The notes below the pieces were generated by a model. It made no database searches. It saw only the letters and a list, made by a program, of their open reading frames with translations, and had not been told where the DNA came from. A stretch of 64,000 nucleotides of DNA. Source: Octopus vulgaris. Lineage: Eukaryota. This document shows, piece by piece, positions 39,308-51,345 of this stretch. Numbering within the stretch: position 1 is the first letter of the stretch; every line of letters starts with the position of its first letter. The stretch lies in contig OX597820.1 in NCBI GenBank assembly GCA_951406725.2, positions 126,480,001 to 126,544,000 of the forward strand, read 5' to 3'. Position numbers and translations under genes: made by a program.

Positions 39308-39726
39308 TATATGTATGTATATATATATGTATGTATGTATATATATATGTATGTATGTATATACGTATATATGTATATATATATATTATATATATATATA
39401 AATACACACACATTTATATGCCTGTTAAATGATGATGAACATGATGACAGACGCAAACATACATTTGTGAATAATGCATTTATGTAATTTACACTTTAAG
39501 TACTTCAACTGAAACACACACATACACACAAACACACATACACACACATATGTATGCATTGTATTATAATATGTCTGAACACGCATGCACACATATTGCT
39601 TATCGATGCACTTAGCGGCAGATTTTTGGGTAATGGAAATGTACTATTGGGTATACCAAAAAGTTCAAGCTTTTTAACAGTCGATGTGCTGTGTAATCGA
39701 ATATACTATGTAAACAAATATCTCAT

Positions 39727-39768
<42 letters not shown>

Positions 39769-39881
39769 TATATATACATAAATATATACATATATATATA
39801 TACATATTTATATATAATATATATATATATATATATTCCAATGCTTTCTCTCCAATATAATGCTTTCTCTCCAAGAATTTA

Positions 39882-39969
<88 letters not shown>

Positions 39970-40111
39970 GTATATATATATACCTGTATATATATTGTCC
40001 AACCCATGCTAGCATGGAAAACGGATGCTAAATGATGATGATGATGATGATGATATACATACTTATATAATATATTATAATATATCTATAATATAATATG
40101 ATATATATATA

Positions 40112-40179
<68 letters not shown>

Positions 40180-40409
40180 TATGTATATATATATATTATA
40201 TATATTATATATATATATATATATGCGCTTGGCTTAGATTTTCATTTGGGGCTGGCCAGATCGGAACAATCTCAAGATTAATCAGCCGAAATTGCGAGGA
40301 TGATCCGGTTCTTGACCGAAGATTGAAGGCTTCAAATGTTCCGTCCGTGTTTTTAGTGTCGTCTCCTAAATGTTTTACGTTCTTGTCCCAGTTTGTATTT
40401 TTTTACATT

Positions 40410-40446
<37 letters not shown>

Positions 40447-40538
40447 GTACTCATATAATATATATACACATAGTATAATATATATATATATTTCATATTA
40501 TATATATCATATATACATAATATAATATATACATATAT

Positions 40539-40626
<88 letters not shown>
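38320..40626. repeat. region dominated by (TA)n/(TATG)n tracts
   Basis: Several interrupted tracts of 100-500 bp. Confidence 0.9.
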
Positions 40627-40630
<4 letters not shown>

Positions 40631-41972
40631 TCATCATCATCATCATCGTTTAGCGTCCGTTTTCCATGCTAGCATGGGTTGGACGGGTCAACTGGGGTCT
40701 GTGAAGCTGGAAGGCTTCGTCAGGCCCAGTCAGATCTGGCAGTGTTTCTACGGCTGGATGCCCTTCCTAACGCCAACCACTCCGCGAGTGTAGTGGGTGT
40801 TTTTTACGTGCCACCTGCACAGGTGCCAGACAGAGCTGGCGAACGGCCACGAATGGATGGTGCTTTTACGTGTCACCAGCACGGGGCCAGGCGATGCTGG
40901 CAACAGACACGGACGGATGGTGCTTTTACGTGCCACCGACACGGGGCCAGACAGAGCTGGCAAACGGCCACGAACGGATGGTGCTTTTATGTGTCACCGG
41001 CACGGGGGCCAGCCGAGGCTGGCAACGGACGCGAACAGATGGTGCTTTTACGTGCCACCGACACGGTTGCCAGACAGAGCTGGCAAACGGCCACGAGCGG
41101 ACGGTGCTTTTACGTGTCACCGGCACGGGGGCCAGCCGAGGCTGGCAACGGACACGGACGGATGGTGCTTTTACGTGCCACCGACACGGGGCCAGACAGA
41201 GCTGGCAAACGGCCACGAACGGATGGTGCTTTTACGTGCCACCGACACGGGGTCAGACAGAGCTGGCCAACGGCCACGAACGGACGGTGCTTTTACGTGT
41301 CACCGGCACGGGGCCAGGCGAGGCTGGCAACGAACACGAACGGATGGTGCTTTTACGTGCCACCGACACGGGGCCAGGCAGAGCTGGCAAACGGCCATGA
41401 GCGAATGGTGCTTTTACGTATCACCGGCACGGGTGCCAGACGAGGCTGACAGCGGACACGAACAGATGGGTCACTTAACCCCTGCTTTCTGATATATGAT
41501 TTGATTTTGATTGTTCTCACTGGTCTTGCCGGGTCTTCTCACGCACAGCATACTTCCATAGGTCTCGGTCTCTGGTCATTTCCTTGGTGAGACCTAGAGT
41601 TCGAAGGTCGTGCTTCACCACCTCGACCCAGGTTTTCCTGGGTCTACCTCTTCCACAGGTCCCCTCAACTGCCAGGGTGTGGCACTTTTTCACACACCTA
41701 TCTTCATCCATTCTCACCACATGACCATACCAGCGCAATCGTCTCTCTTGCACACAACATCTGATTCCTCTTAGGTCCAACTTTTCTCTCAAGGTACTTA
41801 CACTCTGTCGACTATGAACACTGACATTACACATCCAACGGAGCATACTAGCTTCATTTCTCGCGAGCTTACGCAAATCCTCAGCAGTCACGGCCCATGT
41901 TTCACTGCCATGTAGCATGGCTGTTCGTACACATGCATCATACAGTCTGCCTTTTACTCTGAGCGAGAGGCT
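40627..41972 (-). mobile_element. 5'-truncated RTE-type LINE with tandem-repeat 3' UTR and (ATG)n tail
   Basis: Open ORF 41517-41918 MLHGSETW..QERRLRWYGHVVRM..GRGRPRKTW; ~11 units of ~60 bp at 40800-41465; tail tgatgatga. Confidence 0.88.
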
Positions 41973-41980
41973 TTATATAC

Positions 41981-42948
41981 ATATTGTATAAAGGATCGTG
42001 GGTAAGGCCAAAACAATGCAAATTAAATGATGCAAGGTAAATCACAAGAAAATAAATATGTCAATTAATGTAGACTTACCTTGTATTCAATATTTCGTGG
42101 TTATGACTCCATTTTCAAGAAATTAAAGAATGTTGCCAATATGCATGTGTGGAGTGAACATACACAGAAGGGTGTTGCTATTCAACCAGCTAGCTTCCTG
42201 TAACTCCCTTTTATTGTTTTTCTTAGTTTTCTTTTGGTGTATGAGGATGGCCTCAGAGATTCTAAGGTTGCCCCTGTTTCGCTGTGTTGCCTTGATGTGC
42301 ACTGTGAATTCCTGGGTCTGCTATTTCCTTAGATGTTTCCTCATGGAAGTGTCTGCCTGCATGTTTTCTTGTCATGCTTCCGATGTACTATGTGCCATAT
42401 TTGCCACAGATGATCTTATATACAACATAGGTGTCCTCTGGCGCATTGATGGAGCAGTTTGACAACGTGCACTCCTCAGAGTAGTGAGAGATGTTGTTCT
42501 TGGACAGAGCTTTTCTCAGGGAAGGGCGGGTGTGCATTACCTGTATGTCGAGTCCTGTCCTGTGGACTGTGTGTTCTATTGCGATAGTAGTTCTGTTGTC
42601 AAAATGTGGTAGCTTCAGGAAGTTTGTGCAACACAGTGGAACAGGGGCGACCTTAGAATCTCTGAGGCCATCCTCATACACCAAAAGAAACTTAAGATCA
42701 ACAACAGAAGGAAGTTCCAGGAAGCTAGCTGGTTGCTATAGCAACACCCTTCTGTGCATGTCCACTCCACACATGCTCACACATATGCACATCGGTAACA
42801 TTCGTCAATTTCTTGAAAATGGAGTCATAACCCCAAAATATTGAATACAAGGTAAGTCTACATTAATTCATATATTTGTTTTCTTGTGACTTACCTTGCA
42901 TTTACTTCCCATTGTCCTGGCCTTACCCACAATCCTTTGTACAATATA
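41981..42948 (-). mobile_element. Penelope-like retroelement 3' fragment with GIY-YIG endonuclease remnant and inverted 3'-end duplication
   Basis: Minus strand reads CTLSNCSINAPEDTYVVYKIICGKYGT*YIGSMTR; LRISEAILIHQKK-type C-terminus; ~310-bp imperfect inverted arms 41981-42290 / 42628-42948. Confidence 0.75.
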
Positions 42949-43237
42949 TTCTACACAATGCTTCATAGTAATTATTCCATGTGGCACGTAAAAAGCACCA
43001 TCCGACCGTGGCCGTTTGCCAGCCCCATCTGGCACCTGTGCCGGTGGCATTTAAAAAGCACCCACTACACTCACGCAGTGGTTGGCGTTAGGAAGGACAT
43101 CCAGCCGTAGAAACATTGCCAGATCAGACTGGGCCTGGAGCAGCCTTCTGGCTTCCTAGACCCCAGTTGAACCGTCCGACCCATGCTAGCATGGAAAGTG
43201 GACGCTAAATGATGATGATGATGATATATAGATATAT

Positions 43238-43292
<55 letters not shown>

Positions 43293-43923
43293 TATGCACA
43301 TCACTCTCACCCTGTCTTCTTTAATCTGAGTAGCCATGTAGCTCCTCTTCAGCAGAAATGACTTTTGTTCCAACTTCTTTCATACTCTCATCTCTTAGCA
43401 TAAAATTCTCTCTCTCTCTCTACGGTATACCCACCCATTTGGTCTTGCATCACCACTGCTGTTGCGACAAAAAAAGAAACTTCCAGTACACACTGTAAAG
43501 CGTTGGCATTAGGAAGGGCGTCCAGCTGTAGAAACCATGCCAAAACATTGGAGGTTGATGCAAACTTTGGGTCCATTGGATCCTGTTAGACTGCCTCAGC
43601 ATAGGACAAAGATCTTAAATGATGATGACGATGGAATACACACACACACATGCAATCACACACACACACACACAATTTTTATTAATAATCAGTAGGTGTT
43701 ACAAGGTGATTCAAGGGTTGAGAGTTTCACGTATTGGCATTTACCAAACTTTTTGATAAAGTGTTAATGCACGAATCTTTCAGCCCTTGAGTCACTCTGT
43801 AACTTCTTATCAGGTCAGGCGTTGCTACATTCACTGTTTGTTGCTATATCCCTGCCCAGACTGAGCAGTTTCGCTCCTATTTAAATCTTTTACCAGAGGA
43901 CATGTATACCTCTTTACCCAGAA

Positions 43924-43968
<45 letters not shown>

Positions 43969-44286
43969 CACACACACACACATATATAGCTTATAGTTAT
44001 TTATATAGTCATTACAAATAAGAACATCTATAAATTGGTAAATCTAATTTGCCTGAATAGGTACTTTGCTGCTAGCTATACCAATAAATCAATTATTGGT
44101 GTACTAAGTAGCATATGGATGTACTAAATAAATACATAGCAGAAATGTAGAATATAGTGAAGTTTATGGTGTTCTAAATACAGGCTGTACAAGTTTTTAG
44201 CTGTTGCTGCACTGTTTTACCAAATATACTGAGAAGACCTAAACGGTATTTTGTCTTGATTTCTCTATTGGCACACATTTACACAA

Positions 44287-44329
<43 letters not shown>

Positions 44330-44873
44330 TACATACATACATACATACATACATACATACATACATAATATATATATATATATATATCTTTTACTCTTTT
44401 ACTTGTTTCAGTCATTTGACTGCGGCCATGCTGGAGCACCACCTTTAGTCGAGCAAATCGACCCTGGGACTTATTCTTTGTAAGCCCAGTACTTATTCTA
44501 TCGGTCTCTTTTTGCCGAACCGCTAAGTGACGGGGACGTAAACACACCAGCATCAGTTGTCAAGCAATGTTGGGGGGACAAACACAGACACACAAGCACA
44601 CACATATATACATATATATATACGACAGGCTTCTTTCAGTTTCCGTCTACCAAATCCACTCACAAGGCATTGGTCGGCCCGGGGCTATAGCAGAAGACAC
44701 TTGCCCAAGATGCCACGCAATGGGACTGAACCCGGAACCATGTGGCTGGTAAGCAAGCTACTTACCACACAGCCACTCCTGCGCCTATATTAAAATATAA
44801 TATATACACACACACATATATACATACATACATATATATAGATATATGTATACACAGACATACATACACATCT

Positions 44874-44905
<32 letters not shown>

Positions 44906-45232
44906 CATCATCATCATCATCATCATCATTTAGCGTCCGTTTTCCATGCTAGCATGGGTTGGACGGTTCAACTGGGGTCTGGGGAGCCCGAAGGCTGCAC
45001 CAGGCCAGTCAGATCTGGCAGTGTTTCCACAGCTGGATGCCCTTCCTAACGCCAACCACTCCGAGAGTGTAGTGGGTGATTTTATGTGCCACCAACACAG
45101 GTGCCAGACGAGGCTGGCGAACGGCCACGCTCGGATGGTGTTTTTATATGCCACCGACACAGGTGCCAGATGAGGCTGGCGGACGGCCACGATCGGATGG
45201 TGTTTGTTATGTCCCCAAAGCACGGAGGCCAG

Positions 45233-45282
<50 letters not shown>

Positions 45283-45420
45283 ATATATTTATATTTATAC
45301 ACACACACACAAACATATATATATGTGTGCTTATATAACTATATATGTGAGTATATATAAATACATATATATTTGATTAATGAGAGAGACTAAGATGGAA
45401 GATATGAAAATGTTTATTGT

Positions 45421-45524
45421 TCACTACAATTGTTTCGATCAATCTAGCATTCATTCCTCACAGGTGGGATATTGAACAGCTTGTTCAGGTGTATCCATTG
45501 GTGTAGATGTGTCTCCTCAGGTGA
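45421..45524 (-). ncRNA. type I hammerhead motif with long stem II insert
   Basis: Minus strand TCAC-CTGAGGA-ga...tc-GAAA-CAATTG-TA-GTGA. Confidence 0.65.
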
Positions 45525-46504
45525 CAAGATGTACTTTGTTAGAATAATGTCCGTTCCGCAAGATTTCTCCTTGGTATGTTTATACAAAAACAGCAAATTA
45601 AAGGACACAGCTTCATTATTACAGAAGATCAATAACGAATATCAGATGCAAAAAGAAACAACACACAATATAGCAAAAAAAAAAACGTATTAGATATAAC
45701 ATTTAGTGGATATGGATATACAAAAGCCCTCACTAATGTTGTCTGGTGCACGTACACTTGCTCATACAAACTTACACAAAGTTATAAGCATACACACACG
45801 CATGGTTTGGTACACATACATTCACACAGTGAATTAAACTCAACACCCAAAAGTGGCTAGTGGTATGATACCACTTGATGATGAATCACAGATTCTGTGG
45901 TGGGGTTCACTAGGTCTGACCAATATTCTTGTAGCACTTGTAGAGTCCAGGATACATACACAAATACAAACATAATAGATGAGTATTTTTCGTATAAATG
46001 GTTAATGAAATAACAGATAGCCTGTGGCAGACACATTAATGCGCCGAGCAAAATGCTTAGCGGTATTTCATTTGTCGTTATGTTCTGAGTTCAGATTTTG
46101 CCAAGGTCGACTTTGCCTTTCATCCTTTTGGGGGTCAATAAATTAAGTACCAGTTACACACTGAGGTCAACGTAATTGAATTAATCTCTTCGTCTGTCCT
46201 TGTTTGTCCCCTCTGTGTTTAGCCCCCTTGTGGGCAATAAAGAAATAAGAAAGTATTAAAGCCAGTGTTAGGATCACTTGTGTAGATAAGCGTATGTTTT
46301 TTACATTTTCATCCCACAGTGAGCGATACTTATTAAGAGGCTGAAGTTGTTATTTATCTTACATTAATCAGTATACAATGGTCAAGTGGTATTACAGTGA
46401 TATTGGTCACTAGTGTAGCATTGCGTTTATAAGAATGGGGGGGGGGGGTAATTCATGCATACATTTAGGTAAATTGTGTTATTAATTTGGTCATGTGAAT
46501 CTAG

Positions 46505-46948
46505 GTACGTACACAAGTATGTACATACGTACATATGCATTTATGTATGTATATATATGTATGTATGTATGTATGTGTGTATGTATGTATGTATGTCTGT
46601 ATGTGTGTGTGTATGTATGTGTGTATGTATGTATGTATGTGTGTATGTATGTATGTATGTATGTATGTGTGTATGTATGTATGTGTGTATGTATGTGTGT
46701 ATGTATGTGTGTATGTATGTATGTGTGTGTATGTATGTGTGTATGTATGTATGTGCATGTATGTATGTGTGTATGTATGTGTGTATGTGTGTATGTATGT
46801 ATGTGTATGTATGTATGTGTGTATGTATGTATGTATGTATGTATGTATGTATGTATGTATGTATGTATGTATGTATGTATGTATGCATGCATGTATGTAT
46901 GTGTGTATGTATGTATGTATGTATGCATGCGTGTATGCATGTATGTAC
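46505..46948. repeat. (TATG)n microsatellite
   Basis: Direct reading. Confidence 0.95.
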
Positions 46949-47007
46949 AAACTTAAGACCAGGCAAGTCTGAGCTGGTTAGAAAACTTTGTTTCCTAAGC
47001 TTGGTGT

Positions 47008-47050
47008 CTGCTGCTGAAGAGAACTAACAAGTTTGAAATGCATTCATCAG
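47008..47050 (+). ncRNA. minimal type I hammerhead motif
   Basis: CTGCTG-CTGAAGA-GAACTaacaAGTTT-GAAA-TGCA-TT-CATCAG; one helix I mismatch; AUU triplet. Confidence 0.6.
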
Positions 47051-47725
47051 TCCTATAGAGTTTGCTCTGAGGTAACCATAGTGTTTTTGACACACATTTT
47101 GTCTTATGCAACAACGTTTTCTCCTGACAAACAGCATTGGAAAGCCTTAAGAGGTTCAAAAAATATTCCTCAAGATATTTGGACTGGTCTTAAGTTTCTC
47201 TTTCAGTCACTGCTTCACACATCTATACGTCTATGTCCTGGGTATGACTTTAAATTGCATTCAGTAATATGGTCCTGGCCCAGGGGTTCCTAGATTTTGA
47301 GGCATGTGAAACTATCTCTTAGCAATTATTGTTCACATGTCTGCTCTGACCCAGAGTAGTAAAACCTGTTAAAGTCCCAGCCATGGGTTAATTAGCATGT
47401 GAACCACAGGGAGCAAAGGATCCTTAGTTCTTATTAGATCTTCCTTCTAGGAGAAGGTCAACTTGTATGAAAAGAACTTGAAGTGCAGTTGGTTTCTGAC
47501 CATTTCAACCTCTGTTGCAGAATGGGTTTTATAGCTGAGGGTGCCAAAAAGTGGGTTCAGTATTCTGGAACCCTTTATCCATGCAAAACAAATTCATGCT
47601 TGGAAACTGCTTGAACTCTGAGAGAATTGCATGAACTTACTCAGGTTATACAATGGTCAAGCTTGGCCATAAGTTGTCTTCCACCATGTATGTATGTAAA
47701 TCTTCCTTTTCTCTTTTTAATTTAA

Positions 47726-47947
47726 CCCTTTCATTATTGTATTTATTTTGAGATGCTGTGTGTTTCTTTCAATTACTTGAAATATAACAAAAAATTTAAT
47801 AAAATAAATTAGTTATCATTCAGCTAGTGTTAGGAACATAAATTGTGATGAAGGTTTGATGGAAGATTTTAATTCAAAACTTATGTAAACAAGACCTTTG
47901 TACTACAGAGCTAGAGCAGGTTTCATCCAGGCTGGTAACAAAAAGGT
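47726..47947. mobile_element. piggyBac-like MITE family A
   Basis: ttaaccctttcatta...taacaaaaaggttag; colinear with 28494-28714. Confidence 0.8.
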
Positions 47948-47993
47948 TAGAGTAAATTTTGACCAACCATCCACTTGGTAGCAAGGTTGTGAA

Positions 47994-48352
47994 TCATCCT
48001 TTATATATGAAGAAGGTCTTGCAGATCTTTATAGTCCCAGATATTGCAATCAGTTGTAGTGTATGAATTAAGGATTTGCATTCTCTCCTCAAGATCCCAA
48101 GTTCTGCCATACTTTGCTCCAAACAGGTTATCTTGTTGCTCGCGTAATAATGGTATGAAGCTGAAAGTGTATCTTGGATACTGGATTTGCAATCTCCTTG
48201 GTAATAGTCCATAGATGTCCTCTTTCTCTTGTATTTTTCTAACCACATTATTGTCCAGAGGGAAGCTGGTTTCTACAACCGAACATATCTTTTCATTGTG
48301 GTCCCCCACAATGATTTCTGGCCTGTTGTGTTTTAACTTGGTGGCTGTTTTA
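47994..48352 (-). mobile_element. RLE-type (R4/Dong-like) non-LTR retrotransposon 3' fragment
   Basis: KHNRPEIIVGDHNEKICSVVETSFPLDNNVVRKIQEKEDIYGLL matches the RPD..E..K..Y restriction-like endonuclease pattern. Confidence 0.7.
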
Positions 48353-48737
48353 ATGAATGTATGTATGTATGTGTGTATGTGTATGTATGTGTGCATGCGT
48401 GCATACATGTGTGTGTTTGTGTGTCTATGTATGTATGTATATGTATGGTTTTAGATTGCAGTTAATGGCTCACATGGCCTTTAATTAGTTTAAGCACACA
48501 CAGTAATTTTAAAATCAAAAATTTTTATAAGTATTAAATCTTCTTAACGACCATTTTGATAATGGGTTAAAATCAATCATTCATCTCTGTGCAGACATAG
48601 ATCTATAAAAATATTCTTTTTAAAATAAATAAAACAATTTTATTACAGACTTCAATTGCACCAAAGGAAGCCACTTGGGTATCAACTAGTCTATATATGT
48701 GATGCTTGTATGTGTGTGCATGTATATATATAATACG

Positions 48738-48772
<35 letters not shown>

Positions 48773-49122
48773 TAGTTATCGCCATACTAATATGGCATTC
48801 TTATAAAAATAAGAATAAAGCTGTCCGCTTATTAGCTCCATGAGGCCATCGCCTTAAGTTAGCTATTTGATACACAAACTGTATCCATATAAGCGACACC
48901 CACTGGTCTGGCTACGCTGCATTGAAAAGGGGCAATACCCCGAAACGCGTCTGTAGCTGCCGGTCAAGTAGTGTGGAGCGACTGACCTCCCTTGTTCGAA
49001 GGTTATATGGATACAGTTTGTGTATCAAATAGCTAACTTAAGGCGATGGCCTCATGGAGCTAATAAGTGGACAGCTTTATTCTTATTTTTATAAGAATGC
49101 CATATTAGTATGGCGATAACTA
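48773..49122. repeat. 120-bp near-perfect inverted repeat (Penelope-like remnant)
   Basis: 48773-48892 vs 49003-49122, one mismatch seen; hammerhead in spacer; flanked by (TA)n. Confidence 0.9.
48916..48957 (+). ncRNA. minimal type I hammerhead, U3-A8 core variant
   Basis: GCTGCA-TTGAAAA-GGGGcaataCCCC-GAAA-CGCG-TC-TGTAGC; located in the spacer of a 120-bp inverted repeat. Confidence 0.75.
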
Positions 49123-49186
49123 TTATTTTCCGGGAACGCTGCCGTTGTTCTCTTTTAGAGAGACTTAGTAATTTTAATATTTCTAT

Positions 49187-49220
<34 letters not shown>

Positions 49221-49430
49221 TATATACATATATATATACATATATATATACAATTAAGGGTTTAGCAACGAATTGCCTCACCACACACCGAATTTAGATA
49301 TAGCAGTCAAAGAGTTATAGCTATTCTTTATACTAAAAGGGAGATCTCAGTAAAAACAGCACTTGAAAGGCAAACACAGACAGGTAAGAGAGAATGAAAT
49401 GACGGCAATCTATCATACAATTTTAAGTCA

Positions 49431-49521
49431 CCTACGGACGTACGTTTCGAAATTAAGTTTTAGGAATGCATAAGAATTAGATAATTATATCTTACCCAAC
49501 TTCTTTTCTCATCAGCGTAGG
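49431..49521 (-). ncRNA. type I hammerhead ribozyme, inverted copy
   Basis: Reverse complement of the same motif; substitutions only in stem II. Confidence 0.9.
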
Positions 49522-49615
49522 ACACTACAATTATGAATAATTGTATATTAAATTTCGAGATACTAGAAGGCATCATCTCAACTCAGTATCAGAGCGACAT
49601 TCATAATTGTAGTGT

Positions 49616-49706
49616 CCTACGCTGATGAGAAAAGAAGTTGGATAAGATATAATTATCTAATTCTTATGCTTTCCTAAAACTTAATTTCGAAACGTACGTC
49701 CGTAGG
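49616..49706 (+). ncRNA. type I hammerhead ribozyme (Penelope-type, palindromic helix III)
   Basis: CCTACG-CTGATGA-[gaaa...tttc long stem II]-GAAA-CGTACG-TC-CGTAGG; perfect 6-bp helix I; GUC site at 49698-49700. Confidence 0.9.
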
Positions 49707-50198
49707 TGACTTAAAATTGTATGATGGATTGCCGTCATTTCATTCTCTCTTACCTGTCTGTGTTTGCCTTTCAAGTGCTGTGTTTTTACTGAGATCTCCC
49801 TTTTAGTAGAAAGAATAGCTATAACTCTTTGACTGCTATTTCTAAATTCGGTGTATGGTGAGGCAATTCGTTGCTAAACCCTTAATTGCTTAGTATTACT
49901 TAAACTTTCCTCGAATGAGGCTTTTACATGCCGAAATCTACTTGGTGTAATTAATGATTATTCCAAATTAATTAATTTCACCCTATATTGTTACTGATAA
50001 CCATATTTCATCCCAGTAAATGACCACAGCATCTTGTCTTGGCTACACGCGGGTGGGAAGGGGTTGGTGACACAAACATTCATTCACACTTTGAATTTGG
50101 TGATACTGGTAATGGCTTTAGCTCGCTCTGAAACTGAGTTGAGATGATGCCTTCTAGTATCTCGAAATTTAATATACAATTATTCATAATTGTAGTGT

Positions 50199-50289
50199 CC
50201 TACGCTGATGAGAAAAGAAGTTGGATAAGATATAATTATCTAATTCTTATGCTTTCCTAAAACTTAATTTCGAAACGTACGTCCGTAGG
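50199..50289 (+). ncRNA. type I hammerhead ribozyme, tandem copy
   Basis: Same sequence as 49616-49706, offset 583 nt; GUC site at 50281-50283. Confidence 0.9.
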
Positions 50290-50585
50290 TGACTTAAAAT
50301 TGTATGATAGATTGCCGTCATTTCATTCTCTCTTACCTGTCTGTGTTTGCCTTTCAAGTGCTGTGTTTTTACTGAGATCTCCCTTTTAGTAGAAAGAATA
50401 GCTATAACTCTTTGACTGCTATTTCTAAATTCGGTGTGTGGTGAGGCAATTCGTTGCTAAATCCTTAATTGCTTAGTATTACTTAAACTTTCCTCGAATG
50501 AGGCTTTTACATGCCGAAATCTACTTGGTGTAATTAATGATTATTCCAAATTAATTAATTTCACCCTATATTGTTACTGATAACC

Positions 50586-50667
<82 letters not shown>

Positions 50668-50974
50668 GGAACACTCCTGTCACAACCTAGGACCTTGAAG
50701 ACTGCTTAAATGCAAGAAAGTATACCAGTCCCTTAATATTTGATATTCAGCATTTCATCTATTCAATAAGACAACCAATACTTTATTTCATTTTACTATA
50801 TCTATACTATTTATACTATATATTCAATATTCTACATTAATATTACAAAGAATATAAATAAAACATAAAAAACAGAGTTGGAATTTCTTTGAATAATATA
50901 TATCCCTCTATACACAATCATACAAACCCCTTTATATATACATATATATATACATATATATATATATATCATTT

Positions 50975-51345
50975 CATTTTCATTTAATTTCATCTAGTTT
51001 CAATTCACGAGCTGTGGCCATGCTGGGGCACCGCCATTCGGTGTTGCTACATGATTTTACTTCACGAATGCTTTTTAGCAATTGACATTTGGTGCATGAG
51101 AGAGTTTGATGCAGCTACCCTCATCTGCACCTCCTGCTGTGAAGTTGGTTCATCTGGGAGACCTGACAGGAAGAGGTCCAGCTTTATTTTGAAGACATCT
51201 GCATTCACCCCATGCAGGTCTCTCAGGTCCTTCGGGAGGATATTGAAGAGCTGTGGACCTCTGAAGCTCAGGCTATCGCAGTATCTTGTCCTACATCTTG
51301 ATGGCAAATTTGGAGTCCTTGGCACTATGCAGTGGCGCCCAGTTC
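50975..51345 (-). mobile_element. CR1/L2-group LINE 3' end
   Basis: SLSFRGPQLFNILPKDLRDLHGVNADVFKIKLDLFLSGLPDEP followed by short 3' UTR stem and A-rich tail. Confidence 0.75.

Larger units (their letters stand above)
49251..50588. mobile_element. Penelope-like element/retrozyme-like cassette: inverted plus two tandem pseudo-LTRs
   Basis: 49599-50005 repeats at 50182-50588; 49251-49597 is the reverse complement of ~50123-50471; each copy carries a hammerhead; (TA)n tracts on both sides. Confidence 0.8.

Noticed and set aside
40679-41492. CRISPR-like periodic array and 256/231-aa repetitive ORFs
   Set aside because: Eukaryotic context, no cas genes, the 'spacers' are homologous to each other, and the array lies in a LINE 3' UTR.
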